DNA from: an uncultured Actinomycetota bacterium
Lineage (GTDB): Bacteria > Actinomycetota > Actinomycetes > JACCUZ01
Length of the DNA stretch: 64,000 nt
NCBI GenBank assembly: GCA_963746175.1
Contig: CAVVAH010000004.1
Coordinates: 511,567-575,566, forward strand
Direction: 5' to 3'
Shown here: positions 18,885 through 30,309 of the stretch, one piece after another
How positions within the stretch are numbered: the stretch's first letter is position 1
Layout of the letters: each line of letters begins with the position of its first letter
Made by a program: the position numbers and the translations under genes
The notes under the pieces: model-generated
The model's database searches: none
The model's input: only the letters and a program-made list of their open reading frames with translations
Told to the model about the DNA's origin: nothing

Positions 18885-20068
18885 AGGTCGAGCAACCCGC
18901 CGAGACCGTTGGCCGGGAACACGGCCCTCCGGGTCGCCAGCACGGCGCGGTCGACCGCGTCGTCCGGGTCGTACCCCTCCGACCAGTCCCGCCAGGCCGG
19001 CGTCGCGCCGTCGGTCATCCGTAGCGGCGCGGCCAGGCCGTAACGCTCCTCGACGTACTCCCGCCAGCCCTCCGGCACCGCCGTCTCGGGCGGGACGGGG
19101 CTGCCGGCCGCCTCGGCGAGCAGGTGGGTCCACGCCCGGGGCACGACCTGCGCCAGCTCGTAGCCACCGCCGCCGGTGGCGAGCCACCGGCCGCCCGCGA
19201 AGCGGTGCGCGAAGTCGTGCAGCGCGGCGTACGACGTCCGCTGGGCGTCGAGGGTGAGGCCGAGGTGGGCCAGGGGGTCCAGCAGGTGGCTGTCGCAGCC
19301 GTGCTGGGTCACCAGCACCTCGGGCCGGAACTCCTCGAGCAGTGCCGGCACCACGGCGTGGAAGCCGCGCAGCCAGCCGGTGTCGCTCGTCCCGGGTGGC
19401 AGCGCCAGGTTGACGGCGCGGCCGTCGGCGCCGGGGCCGCCGCAGTCGTCGGGGAACCCGGTGCCGGGGAACAGCCACCGGCCCGACTCGTGCACCGAGA
19501 TGGTCAGCACGCGCGGCTCGTCCCAGAAGGCCCGCTCGACGCCGTCGCCGTGGTGCACGTCGACGTCCACGTAGGCGATCCGCTCGGCGCCCTGCTCGAG
19601 CATCCACGCGATCGCGATCGCCGGGTCGTTGTAGACGCAGAAGCCGCTGCCGGCGCCGGGCATCGCGTGGTGCAGCCCGCCCGCGACGTTCACGGCGTGC
19701 TCCGTCTCGCCCGACCACACCGACCGGGCGGCGGCGAGCGTGGCACCGACGACCAGTGCGGAGGCCTCGTGCATGTGCCGGAAGGCCGGCGTGTCCGTGG
19801 TCCCGAGGCCGCGCGAGACGTCCGCGTGCGCGGGGTCCTCGCTCGCGGCCTTGACCGCGTCGACGTACTCCTTCTCGTGCACGAGGTGGAGCTCGTCGTC
19901 GGTGGCCGGCGGCGGTCTCGTCATCGTGACGGTCGGCTGGTCGAGGACACCGAGGTCGCGAGCCAGCCGCATGGTCAGGTCGACGCGCAGCGGGTTGAGC
20001 GGGTGGTCGTGGCCGAAGTCGTAGCCGACGAGCGCGTCGTCCCAGGGGACCAGCACGGACGCGCTCAT
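18881..20068 (-). CDS. acuC: AcuC/histone-deacetylase-like protein (acetoin utilization)
   Basis: HPLNPLR, GGLHHA, GFCVYND, YVDVDVHHGDG, SVHESG, QHGCDSH and TGGGGY motifs. Confidence 0.93.
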   Translation of the reverse strand: MSASVLVPWDDALVGYDFGHDHPLNPLRVDLTMRLARDLGVLDQPTVTMTRPPPATDDELHLVHEKEYVDAVKAASEDPAHADVSRGLGTTDTPAFRHMHEASALVVGATLAAARSVWSGETEHAVNVAGGLHHAMPGAGSGFCVYNDPAIAIAWMLEQGAERIAYVDVDVHHGDGVERAFWDEPRVLTISVHESGRWLFPGTGFPDDCGGPGADGRAVNLALPPGTSDTGWLRGFHAVVPALLEEFRPEVLVTQHGCDSHLLDPLAHLGLTLDAQRTSYAALHDFAHRFAGGRWLATGGGGYELAQVVPRAWTHLLAEAAGSPVPPETAVPEGWREYVEERYGLAAPLRMTDGATPAWRDWSEGYDPDDAVDRAVLATRRAVFPANGLGGLLDL

Positions 20069-20121
20069 GCGGCGACGCTACCCGCCGGGGACCGAGGGCA
20101 CTCCCCCGCACCGTGGCACCG

Positions 20122-21302
20122 TCACTCCGACCGCAGGGCGACGACCGGGTCGAGCCGGCCGGCCCGGCGTGCCGGCGCGACCCCGAAGAAGATGCCGACC
20201 GCCGCGGAGACGGCGAACGCCAGCACCGGCGACCACCAGGCGATGACGGCGGGCAGCGGCGAGACGGCCGCGACGAGCAGCGAGCCGCCGACGCCGAGCC
20301 CGATGCCGATCAGCCCGCCGACGACGCAGAGCAGCACCGCCTCGATGAGGAACTGCAGCAGGACGTCGCGCTGCCGGGCGCCGAGCGCCTTGCGCAGGCC
20401 GATCTCACGGGTCCGCTCCCGGACGCTCACCAGCATGATGTTGGAGACGCCGACCCCGCCGACCAGCAGGGAGATGGCGGCGATCGCGGCCAGCACCAGG
20501 GTCAGCAGACCGAGGATCCGGCCGATGGTCCCGAGGATCTGGGTCTGCGTGACGGCCGAGAACTCCTCGCCGTCGTACTTGTCCTGCAGGGCCGCGGTGA
20601 GCCTCTTCTGCAGGGGCTCGACGTCGTCGGCACGCGGCGCCTTCACCGCGAGCGCGTCGATCCGGTCGACGCCGAACAGCCGCTGCGCGGCGGTCACCGG
20701 GATGTGCACCTCGGTGTCGCGGTCGACGCCGAACGTCGACCCCACCCTCTCGAAGACGCCGATGACGCGGAACCGGACGCCGGCGATCGAGACCTGCCGC
20801 CCGAGCGGGTCGACGTCGCCGAACACCCGGCGTACGACGGTCGAGCCGAGCACCGCGACGCGACGCCGGGTGTCGACGTCCGAGGCGGTGATGTACTCGC
20901 CTCGAGCCAGCGGCCGGTCGAAGACGTTGGGCACGTTCTCGTTGACGCCGTTGACAGTCACGAACGTCTCGCGTCGGCCCACCCCGACGTTCTCGCCGGA
21001 GGCGACCGACACGGCGACCCGTCGCTCGTCACCGACGACGCGACCGAGCAGCGACACGTCGTCAAGGGTCAGCCGGCTCACCGTCGGCGCCGACCCGAGC
21101 TCGAACTTGCCCGGCACGACGATGATGATGTTCGACCCGAGCCCCTCGACCTGGTCCTCGACCTCCTGCTTCGCGCCGCTCCCGAGGGCCACCAGCACCA
21201 CGACGGCCGCGACGCCGATGATGACGCCGAGCATCGTCAGCGCGCTGCGCAACCGGTTGGCGCGCAAGGCGCCGAGGGCGACCCGGAAGGCTTCGCCGGC
21301 TC

Positions 21303-21306
<4 letters not shown>
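20122..21306 (-). CDS. ABC transporter permease (MacB/FtsX family)
   Basis: LRSALTMLGVIIG, VGGVGVSNIMLVSVRERTREIG, LDPVVALRSE. Confidence 0.93.
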
Positions 21307-21991
<685 letters not shown>

Positions 21992-21995
<4 letters not shown>

Positions 21996-23329
21996 GGGAC
22001 CTCGTCGCCGTCGTGGACCTGGTCGGCGCCGCGCACGACGACCTGCTGGCCGACCGACAGTCCCTCGACCACCTCGACCCGGCTCTCGCCCTGGGCGCCG
22101 AGCCGGACCTGCTGCTCGCGGGCGCGGCCGCCGCGGACCAGCCAGACGGCGTCGCGGCGCCCGTCGCGGAACACCGCGGCGGCGGGCACGGCGACGGTGT
22201 CGCGGGCGGTCCGGACGCTGAGGTCGACGACAGCGCTCATCCCCGGTCGCGGCGTCGGGGCGGCTCCCCCGTCGGCAAGGCTGCCGCGGCCGAGCGAGAG
22301 CCGCACGACGTACGTCACGCCGCCCCGGCTGGACTGCGTGGGTGTCGGGTCGACGGTCGTCACCGCTGCCTCGTACGTCGCATCGGGGACGGCGTCCAGC
22401 TCGGCGGCCGCCGGGACGCCCGCGGTGATCAGCAGTACGTCGGTCTCGTCGACCTGCGCGGTGAGTGACAGCTGGGACGCGTCGGTGACGGTGAGCAGTC
22501 CCTGGCCGCGGCTGACCGGCCGCCCCTCGGCGAGCACCGCGTCGACCGAGGACGATCCGCTGCCGCCGAGCAGGCTCCCGGCCTGCCCCTGCAGGCTCTC
22601 CGGGAGCTGGTCCAGCAGGGCCGAGCTGTCGCCGGTCGCGGACGAGGTAGCGGGCGGCGACAGCGACACGGTGCCTGCCACCGGGGCGCGGACGACGAGC
22701 GCCGCGACAGCCTGGCGGGCGACCGCGACGGCCGCGCGGGTCTGCACCCGCTGGGCCGACGACAGCGCGGCCACCGCGTCGGACAGGCTGCCGAGGCCGG
22801 CGGCCAGCTGCGCGGCGGCCTGGTCGGCGGCGGAGCGGGCGGCGCGGTACTGCGACTGCGACACCTGCAGCGCCGACAGCGCCTGCCGTCGCGCCGCCGG
22901 GTCGGTGATCCGCTGCGCGGCTCGGCGCGCGCGGGCGAACGCGCGGGAGGCCTGGGCATCGGCCTGCGCGGCGCCGGCCAGGATGACCGGGGTGCTGTCC
23001 GACCGGCCGGCCGCCGCGGCCCGGGCGTCGGCGCGCAGTGCCTGGCGGAGCTGCCGGCGGGCCGACGGCGACTCGACGCGCAGCAGCACCTGGCCGGCCC
23101 GCACCCCCTGACCTTCATCCACCCGCAGCTCGGCGACCGAGCCGTCGGCCGGCGAGCTCACGGTGGCCGACGCGCGCGCGGTGACGGTGGCCGGCGCCTC
23201 GACGACCTCCGTCACGGTGGCGCGCCCGACCTTCGCCACCTCGATGGTGCCGCTGCCTCCGCCGGTGCAGCCCGCGAGGGCCAGCGCAGCGGCGGCGAGC
23301 AGCGCTGCGCGACAGCCGGCGGAGATCAC
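21992..23329 (-). CDS. Membrane-fusion/efflux adaptor subunit (MacA-like), possible lipoprotein
   Basis: ALALAGC lipobox-like sequence, lipoyl-type VDEGQGVRAGQVL, coiled coil, RPGMSA and VEVVEGL. Leaderless start (TACGAT-N6-GTG). Confidence 0.88.
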
Positions 23330-23496
23330 CGCGTCATCGTAGGTACGCCCGCCGCGCCTTCGCCGTGCCCCCGCGCGCCGGATGCACCCGCTACAGGCTC
23401 AAAGCTGTGCCCGAGATCAAGGGCGGCTTCGGACGGCCGCACTGGCTCGGCAGCCATCCGACGCCACCTGTGCGTCTCAGTAGCCGGGACGGCGTC

Positions 23497-23547
23497 AAGT
23501 GGCCCCGCTAAGGGCCCCCGGAATCCACGACCGCACCGGGGCCACTT
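23497..23547. repeat. Palindromic dispersed repeat family A, copy 1
   Basis: AAGTGGCCCCG...CGGGGCCACTT arms; related copies at 45084, 45228 and 60855. Confidence 0.85.
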
Positions 23548-23645
23548 CGCTCTTTGTCGCTGGTGGACCGGAACGACGCGGGTCAGTCTCGGACTGGATC
23601 GCCGAGTAACAGGCCGGATCCCGTCCGGGACGGGCGAGCTCGGGG

Positions 23646-24029
23646 CTAGGCCTCGAGGTCGGCGGCGACGGCGCGCAGGACGGCGGCGGTCTTGCCGGCG
23701 GTGCTCTTGTCCGGGTAGCGGCCGCGGCGCAGCGAGTTGCCGACGCCGTCGAGCAGCTTGATGACGTCCTCGACGATGACCGCCATGTCGTCCGCGGGCT
23801 TGCGGGCACCGGCCGCGACCGAGGGCAGCGGGTCGAGGAGCTTCACCGTCAGGGCCTGCTCACCGCGGCGGCCGTCGACGATGCCGAACTCCACCCGGCT
23901 GCCCGCCTTGAGCGCGGCCACGTCGGCGGGGAGCGCGGACGAGTGCACGAAGACCTCGCCGCCGTCGTCGCGGGAGAGGAAGCCGAAGCCCTTGTCGGTG
24001 TCGTACCACTTGACCTTGCCGGTAGGCAC
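23646..24029 (-). CDS. Cold-shock domain protein with C-terminal extension (CspB/Rv0871-like)
   Basis: [17 protein letters not shown] and VFVHSSAL (RNP1/RNP2). Confidence 0.92.
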   Translation of the reverse strand: MPTGKVKWYDTDKGFGFLSRDDGGEVFVHSSALPADVAALKAGSRVEFGIVDGRRGEQALTVKLLDPLPSVAAGARKPADDMAVIVEDVIKLLDGVGNSLRRGRYPDKSTAGKTAAVLRAVAADLEA

Positions 24030-24119
24030 GGGAGACCTCATCGATCGTCGTCAGGACGGGGTGCGCGCCGATCGGCGCGGCCCGCCAGGATAGCCCGCGG
24101 TCGCGCGGGTTCCCACCGG

Positions 24120-25556
24120 TTAGCGGTAGCGGGCCGGGTCGGCCAGCAGCTCGTTCATCGCGCCGGACCGGAAGCCGCGCGGGTCGACCTCGACCGCGGC
24201 GAACCCGGCGTCCAGGACCACCTGCCGGGCCGCCGCCGAGGCGGTCACCGCGTCGACGGCGGCCGGGGACACCTCGATGCGCGCGAGGTCGCCGAGGTCC
24301 CGCACCCGCACGTCGGGCGCTGCGATCTCCTCCGACGCGAGCACCTCCCGGAGGGCTGCCTCGGCGCGCTCCACCCGGGCCAGCCGGGCCGGCGTGATCT
24401 CCAGGCCGAAAGCCACGCGGCTGGACAGGCAGGCGGCTGCGGGCTTGTCCCACGTGACGAGGTCCCAGTCGCGGCTGGCCGCCCGGACCTGCGCCTTGGT
24501 CAGCCCGGCGTCGAGCAGCGGGGTCGCAGCGGCGCGGTCGGCCGCCGCCCGGATCCCTGGCCGGAAGCCCGCCCGGGCGTCGTCCGCGTTGGTGCCGGTG
24601 GCCACCGCCGCGATCCCGAGCTCGTCGGCCAGCGGCCGGAGCACGTCCAGCAGCTCGGCCTTGCAGAAGTAGCAGCGGTCGCCGGCGTTGGCCCGGTAGC
24701 CGTCGCGGCTCATCTCGTCGGTCTCGGGCAGCAGGTGCCGGACCCCGAGGGCCGCCGCGAAGGCCGCCGCGGCCGAGAGCTCGGACGCCGGCAGGCTCGA
24801 GCTGACCGCGGTGGCGGCGACGACGTGCTCGGCGCCCAGGGCGCGTACGGCGGCGGCCAGCAGGAACGCCGAGTCGGCACCGCCGGAGAAGGCCACGACC
24901 ACCGAGCCGAGGGCGCGCAACGAGTCGGCGAGATCCGCCAGCCGCCGGTCGAGCACGTAGCGGTCCAGCCAGGCGGGGAACTCGGTGAGGTCGGCGAGGA
25001 CGACGTCCGCGCCCGCGTCCCGCAGCTCGTCGGCGGAGACCGGTCCGGTCGCCACGCCGACCGAGAGCGCCCCTGCGGCCCGGGCACCCACCACGTCGCC
25101 GACGTGGTCCCCGACGTAGACGGTCGCGCCGTGCTCCAGCAGGGCGACGGCCTTCTGCTCCCCCCACAGCCAGCCGATGCACTCGTCGACGGCGATGCCG
25201 AGGTGCTCGAGGTGCAGCCGCGCGTTGGGCTCGTACTTGCCGGTGACCACGATCGCCCGGCCACCGTGGGCGTGGACCGCCTCGACCGCCTCACGCGCTC
25301 CGCCGAACGCCGGGGTGGGGTGCACCGCCAGGCCGGGGTAGAGCTCGCGGAACCGGTCGCCGATGGCGCCGACCTGCTCGGCCGGGAACCAGCGCGCGAC
25401 CTCCTCGTCGAGCGGCGGCCCGAGCCGGCTGACCGCGGCGGCGCTGTCGACCGGGACGCCGGTCTCGGCGGACAGCGCGTCCCACACCGCGGCGATGCCC
25501 GGCCGGGTGTCGATCAGCGTCATGTCGAGGTCGAACCCGACGACGAGGGGGCGCAC
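24120..25556 (-). CDS. larE: Fusion of HAD-family hydrolase and LarE-like sulfur insertase (PP-loop ATPase)
   Basis: N-terminal half: GFDLDMTL, YVGDHVGD. C-terminal half: AFSGGADS, RCYFCK, GTNADD..RPG, KPAAACLSSR. One uninterrupted frame. Confidence 0.85.
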   Translation of the reverse strand: MRPLVVGFDLDMTLIDTRPGIAAVWDALSAETGVPVDSAAAVSRLGPPLDEEVARWFPAEQVGAIGDRFRELYPGLAVHPTPAFGGAREAVEAVHAHGGRAIVVTGKYEPNARLHLEHLGIAVDECIGWLWGEQKAVALLEHGATVYVGDHVGDVVGARAAGALSVGVATGPVSADELRDAGADVVLADLTEFPAWLDRYVLDRRLADLADSLRALGSVVVAFSGGADSAFLLAAAVRALGAEHVVAATAVSSSLPASELSAAAAFAAALGVRHLLPETDEMSRDGYRANAGDRCYFCKAELLDVLRPLADELGIAAVATGTNADDARAGFRPGIRAAADRAAATPLLDAGLTKAQVRAASRDWDLVTWDKPAAACLSSRVAFGLEITPARLARVERAEAALREVLASEEIAAPDVRVRDLGDLARIEVSPAAVDAVTASAAARQVVLDAGFAAVEVDPRGFRSGAMNELLADPARYR

Positions 25557-25600
25557 CCGCCCAGCGTAGGTGGGCGGGAGCGCCCCGGCGGACGCGGTCG

Positions 25601-26422
25601 TCAGGCGGGCGGGGTCTCGCGACCCGGCGTGGTCCGGCTCCGCTCGCCCTCGGTGAGGTCCAGCTGCTGCTGCCCGTCGAGCTCGCCACGGCGCCCGGTG
25701 CCGCCGGTGGTGACGCGGGGGTCCGGCGCGCTCGCGGCGCCGTCGTCGAGCGCGGTGCGGTCGGTCGTGCCGGCCCGGTCGTCGGACGTCGTGTCCGTGT
25801 CCGTGGCCTCGGTCGTCCCGGTGCTGTCGTCAGAGGTGCTCACCGCGTGGGTAGCCGCCGCGGCGGCGCCCGGCCCGGCGACCGCGTGCCGGCCGTCTGG
25901 CGTGCCGAGCAGCTCGGTGAACAGCGCCCGGTAGTGGACGAACGCCTGGCGCAGCTCCTCCGTGGACGCCTCCTGGGCGCGGCTGCCGATGGCGTGCGCG
26001 GAGCGGTAGTGGTGCGCGAGCTCGGCGTGGTCGGCGGCCACCAGGTCGCCGCGGTCCTCGACGTCGTCCAGCGGGTAGCCGCGCTCCCGCATGACCTCGC
26101 CCACCAAGGTGTCGGCGCTGCCGGCAGCACCGGCCGGGTCGTCGACGAAGTCGGCCTGCGCCTGGGTCCAGCGCTCGGAGAACCGCTCTCGCTCGGCGGG
26201 AGTCAGGTCGCGGATCTCCGCCTTGTCCCGACGGGCGGCGACGTCGGACAGCCGGTGCTCGGCCGCCCTGCGGTCGCCGGTCTCGTCGACCGCCCGGTCG
26301 TACTCGGGTCCGAACCGCTCCTGGAGCCCGGCGCGTTCCTTCTTGCGCTTCTGGTCGTACAGGTACGCCGCCACGGCCGCGATCAGCAGGACGACGACGA
26401 CGAGAAGGATGGCGTTGGTCAT
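25601..26422 (-). CDS. Conserved hypothetical membrane-anchored protein
   Basis: N-terminal TM helix, RFGPEYDR and FVHYRALF motifs, acidic low-complexity tail. GGAG RBS. Confidence 0.75.
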   Translation of the reverse strand: MTNAILLVVVVLLIAAVAAYLYDQKRKKERAGLQERFGPEYDRAVDETGDRRAAEHRLSDVAARRDKAEIRDLTPAERERFSERWTQAQADFVDDPAGAAGSADTLVGEVMRERGYPLDDVEDRGDLVAADHAELAHHYRSAHAIGSRAQEASTEELRQAFVHYRALFTELLGTPDGRHAVAGPGAAAAATHAVSTSDDSTGTTEATDTDTTSDDRAGTTDRTALDDGAASAPDPRVTTGGTGRRGELDGQQQLDLTEGERSRTTPGRETPPA

Positions 26423-26535
26423 GGAGTGCCTCCAGGCAGACCGGGGAGCAGGGCGGGGTCACGACCCCGTACGCGGACCTACCCCACCCGGAGCGCGGAT
26501 AACGGACGTGGCCCGTCGGTCCGGGAGACACCCAG

Positions 26536-27558
26536 TCACATGACGAGGTCGCCGCGCTCCTTGGCCAGCTCGACCTGCCCGGACGTCAGCTGAGCGGCGA
26601 CCGGGTAGGTCGCCGAGGCCGCCTCGCGGCTCTCCTCGGCCCACCGCTTGCGCATCGCCGACCGCCGCTCGAAGGCGTCCTTGGCGTACCTCGCGACGAG
26701 CTTGGGCGACGGCCGCGCGCCGTCACCGGACAGCTGGTAGTCCCAGCGCTGCAGCTTGCGGCGCAGCACGGTCTCCATCAGCCCGAGCTCCCACGGCTCC
26801 AGCCCCTTGCGCCACGACTCGACCCGGTCGGTGTTGACCGACTGGTTGAGGTTGACGTGCCACGTCTTCTTCTCCGGCACGACCGAGCGGACCTCGCTCG
26901 GCTCGAGCATCGCCGGGACGAAGTCCTCCTGGAGGAAGGCGCACAGCTCGCGCAGCACCGGCTCGGGGTCGGCGACCAGCGACTCGTAGCGGATCACGTG
27001 GAAGACGTCCTCGGGCAGCCGCTTCGCGTTGCGCTGCGAGCAGAACTCGGCCTGCGACCAGGACGCCATCGACCCGATCGAGTCGTAGGGCCACCACGGC
27101 ATCTTCTTCAACGACGCGACGTTGGCCCGGCCGTCACGCACGATGTGCACGATCTGCGCGTCCGGGAACAGCCGCAGCAGGACGTCGACCTCCTGGTAGT
27201 ACGCCGGCCGCTTGTCACCCCACCGGGCGGCACCGTGCTTGTCGGCGAACAGCTTGAAGACAGTGCCGAACGCCGAGCCGAGGGTCGGCGGCGCGTCGAG
27301 GATCGCCTGCAGCGTCTCGTCCGGGTCGAGCCCCAGGTCGCGCACCTTAGACCCGGTGCGGACGCAGGACTTCGCCAGCGCCAGCCGCTGCTCGGGTGTC
27401 GACAGGTCGCCGTACTTCTCGCGCTTGCGCCAGGTCTTGATGAGGAACCGGGACTCCGGCGGCATCGCCAGCCGCGGGTGGGCGTGGATCATCAGCGACA
27501 GCATCGTGGTGCCCGAGCGCGGGCAGCCCACGACGAAGATCGGCCGGTCGCTGGTCAT
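26536..27558 (-). CDS. Sulfotransferase family protein (paralog 1)
   Basis: FVVGCPRSGTT 5'-PSB loop, RWGDKRP, HIVRDGR 3'-PB, IRYESLVADP. Confidence 0.9.
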   Translation of the reverse strand: MTSDRPIFVVGCPRSGTTMLSLMIHAHPRLAMPPESRFLIKTWRKREKYGDLSTPEQRLALAKSCVRTGSKVRDLGLDPDETLQAILDAPPTLGSAFGTVFKLFADKHGAARWGDKRPAYYQEVDVLLRLFPDAQIVHIVRDGRANVASLKKMPWWPYDSIGSMASWSQAEFCSQRNAKRLPEDVFHVIRYESLVADPEPVLRELCAFLQEDFVPAMLEPSEVRSVVPEKKTWHVNLNQSVNTDRVESWRKGLEPWELGLMETVLRRKLQRWDYQLSGDGARPSPKLVARYAKDAFERRSAMRKRWAEESREAASATYPVAAQLTSGQVELAKERGDLVM

Positions 27559-27623
27559 GGCAGGAGGCTAGACGAACTGTCACGACGGGCCGACACGCGG
27601 GCGCACCGCGTACCGTGGGACGG

Positions 27624-29990
27624 ATGCCCACCTCCCGGCCGCGCAGCCTGGCGGACGACCTGCGCGCGCGTGACGACGCCGATCTCGTCGCGCTGCTCCG
27701 CGCCCGGCCGGACCTGCTGTCGCCGGTGCCGTCGGACCTCGCCTCGCTGGCGGCCCGGGCGACCACCCGGCCGTCGGTGACCCGCGCGCTGGACCAGCTC
27801 GACCGGTTCGCGCTGCAGGTGGTCGAGGTGCTGTGCGCGCTGCCCGACCACGGCACGGACGCCGACGTACGCCGGCTGCTGGGCGCCGACGCGACGCCGG
27901 TGCTGGCCGACCTGCACCGCCGGGCACTGGTCTACCGCGACGAGGAGGGCGGGCTGGTGCTGCCGCGGACCGTGGTCGAGGTGCTCGGGCACGCCGCCGG
28001 GCTCGGGCCGCCGGCCGAGCAGCTGCTGCACGGCTACGGCACCGCGCGACTGGCGCGGATCGCTGCCGACGTGGGTGCCGACCTGTCCGACCCGCGGGTC
28101 GCCGGTGACCCGGTGCGCGCCTCGCACGCGGTCGCGCAGGTGCTCGCCGACGGCGGGCGGCTGACGGCCCTGCTCGCCGCCGCCCCGGCCGGTGCGACGG
28201 AGGCGCTGGCGACCATGACGTGGGGGCCGCCCACCGGGCACCTCGAGCGGGCCCGCCGCGAGGTCGACGCGGCGAGCGCGGGGAGCCCTGTCGAGTGGCT
28301 GCTGGCGCACGGCCTCCTCGTCGGCACCGACCCGGTGACGGTCGTGCTCCCGCGCGAGGTCGCGCTGCACCTGCGCGGGGGCCGGGTCCACGAGGCACCC
28401 CAGCCGACGGTGCCGGCTCCGGAGACGTCCCCTGTCGACGCCTCCCGGGTCGACCGGGTCGCGGCCGGTGCGGCGGCCGACGTCGTGCGGCTCGTCGACG
28501 AGCTGCTCGAGCTCTGGTCCACCGAGCCACCCAAGGTGCTGCGCGCCGGCGGTGTCGGCGTGCGGGAGCGCGCCAGGGCGGCGACGGCGCTCGACCTCGA
28601 CGAGCCGGCGCTGGCCCTGCTCGCCGAGGTCGCCCAGGCGGCCGGCCTGCTCGGGTCCGGCGACGACGGCAGCGCCGACGCCGAGGTGTGGCTGCCGACA
28701 CCGGCGTACGACGGCTGGCTGGACGAGCCGGTCGAGGTCCGGTGGGCGACGTTGGCGCGGGCCTGGCTGACCACGACCCGGGTGGCCGGGCTGGCCGGCA
28801 GCCAGGACGTGCGCGGCAGGACGCTGGCCCCGCTCGGCCCTGACCTGGACCGCACCGTCGCGCCGGTCGTGCGCGCCGGCGTGCTGGGCGACCTCGCCGC
28901 CCTGCCGGTCGGCACCGCGACGACGACCGCGTCGCTGACGGCCCGGCTGCGCTGGCACGCGCCGCGCCGCGGTGGCCGGCTGCACGACGACCTCGTCGGC
29001 TGGACGGTGCGCGAGGGCGAGCGGCTCGGCCTGCTCTCCGGCGGCGCCCTCGCCGTCCACGGCCGTGCCCTGGTCGAGGGCCGCCCCGACGACGCCGTCG
29101 GCGCGCTGGCCGCGCTGCTGCCCGCGCCGCTCGACCACGTGCTGCTGCAGGCCGACCTCACCGCGGTCGCGCCCGGTCCGCTGGAGCCCGGGCTGGCCCG
29201 CTCGGTCCGGCTGGTCGCCGACGTCGAGTCCACCGGTGGCGCGACGGTCTACCGCTTCACCGAGGCGACCGTGCGCCGGGCGTTCGACGCGGGCTGGACG
29301 GCCGGCGACGTCACCAGCCTGCTGACCAAGCACTCCCGCACGCCGGTGCCGCAGCCGCTGACCTACCTCGTCGAGGACGTGGCGCGCCGGCACGGCCGGG
29401 TCCGGGTCGGCGCCGCGTCGTCGTTCGTCCGGTGCGACGACGAGGCGACTCTCGGCGTCCTGCTCTCCGACCGCAAGGTCAGCAGCCTCGGCCTCCGCCG
29501 GATCGCGCCGACCGTCCTGGCGTCGACGTCGCCACCGGACGTCGTTCTGGAGCGGCTGCGCGAGGCGGGCCTGGCACCCGCCGCCGAGGGCCCGGACGGC
29601 GCCGTCGTGGTCCGGCGGCCCGAGTCGCGCCGCTCGCCCGTCCGCCGGCGCCCGGTGCCGGTGGCGACGGCCGCGCCGACGCCGCCGTCCGACCCGCTGC
29701 TCGACGCCGCGGTGCGCGCGATCCGCGGCGGCGACCGGGCGGGCTCGCTCAGCACCGGCCGCCCGACGGCGGACGTGCTGGCGATGCTGGTGCAGGCCGC
29801 GGGCTCCGGCGAGGCGCTGTGGATCGGCTACGTCGACGCCGAGGGCCGGGCCACCCAGCGGGTCGTCGAGCCGGTCGCGGTCGAGGGCGGCTACCTCAAC
29901 GCCTACGACCACCTGCGCGGCGCCGTCCGGTCGTTCGCCGTGCACCGGATCACCGGTGTCTCGCCGCTGGACGACGACGCCGTCTCCTGA
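27624..29990 (+). CDS. Helicase-associated domain protein (XPB partner, Rv0862c-like) with C-terminal WYL domain
   Basis: LLQADLTAVAPGPL, ADVESTGGATVYRFTEATVRRAFDAG, PVPQPLTYLVEDVARRHG. C-terminal WIGYVD...RSFAVHRI is WYL-like. Confidence 0.88.
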   Translation: MPTSRPRSLADDLRARDDADLVALLRARPDLLSPVPSDLASLAARATTRPSVTRALDQLDRFALQVVEVLCALPDHGTDADVRRLLGADATPVLADLHRRALVYRDEEGGLVLPRTVVEVLGHAAGLGPPAEQLLHGYGTARLARIAADVGADLSDPRVAGDPVRASHAVAQVLADGGRLTALLAAAPAGATEALATMTWGPPTGHLERARREVDAASAGSPVEWLLAHGLLVGTDPVTVVLPREVALHLRGGRVHEAPQPTVPAPETSPVDASRVDRVAAGAAADVVRLVDELLELWSTEPPKVLRAGGVGVRERARAATALDLDEPALALLAEVAQAAGLLGSGDDGSADAEVWLPTPAYDGWLDEPVEVRWATLARAWLTTTRVAGLAGSQDVRGRTLAPLGPDLDRTVAPVVRAGVLGDLAALPVGTATTTASLTARLRWHAPRRGGRLHDDLVGWTVREGERLGLLSGGALAVHGRALVEGRPDDAVGALAALLPAPLDHVLLQADLTAVAPGPLEPGLARSVRLVADVESTGGATVYRFTEATVRRAFDAGWTAGDVTSLLTKHSRTPVPQPLTYLVEDVARRHGRVRVGAASSFVRCDDEATLGVLLSDRKVSSLGLRRIAPTVLASTSPPDVVLERLREAGLAPAAEGPDGAVVVRRPESRRSPVRRRPVPVATAAPTPPSDPLLDAAVRAIRGGDRAGSLSTGRPTADVLAMLVQAAGSGEALWIGYVDAEGRATQRVVEPVAVEGGYLNAYDHLRGAVRSFAVHRITGVSPLDDDAVS

Positions 29991-30063
29991 CGCTCGCACC
30001 CATGCCCCCGGCCCTGCCGCGCGCCGGGCTGACTCCTGGGGCAGGACCACGACTCCTGGCGCA

Positions 30064-30130
30064 TGACCACGTAGACGTGGTCAACACACGCTTGTCGGGG
30101 TGTCGATGCCACGACAAGCACATACTCGCC
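30064..30130. repeat. Palindromic dispersed repeat family B, copy 1
   Basis: TGACCACGT-AG-ACGTGGTCA plus a second stem GCTTGTCG..CGACAAGC. 54/67 identical, ungapped, to 39543..39609 by hand count. Confidence 0.85.
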
Positions 30131-30309
30131 CTGCCAAGCAGGTGTTGGGGGGAGCTCGCACTCGTGCCCGCACCGCCCTCCGCGCGCCGGGCTTGCCGCG
30201 TTTGCCCCATCTGCCCCTTCGGATTTCGTCGGCCCGTCGTCGGCGCCGTCACAGGTCCGCCGGACGGGCCTAGATTTCGCAGCACGGCACCTACCGCGTG
30301 GAGGACACC

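Noticed and set aside
18066-20111. 681-aa ORF as an acuC-phosphatase fusion
   Set aside because: The upstream part is an off-frame shadow of acuC; the real gene starts at the GTG overlapping the acuC stop.
23407-23511. 34-aa ORF MPEIKGGFGRPHWLG... after a CAGGCT hexamer
   Set aside because: No recognisable homology, it runs into repeat A, and codon bias fades; possibly a remnant but unsupported.
27571-27616. PafBC/RecA-NDp DNA-damage promoter for the helicase-associated gene
   Set aside because: No TGTCGG-N10-TANNNT with correct spacing was found on either strand.
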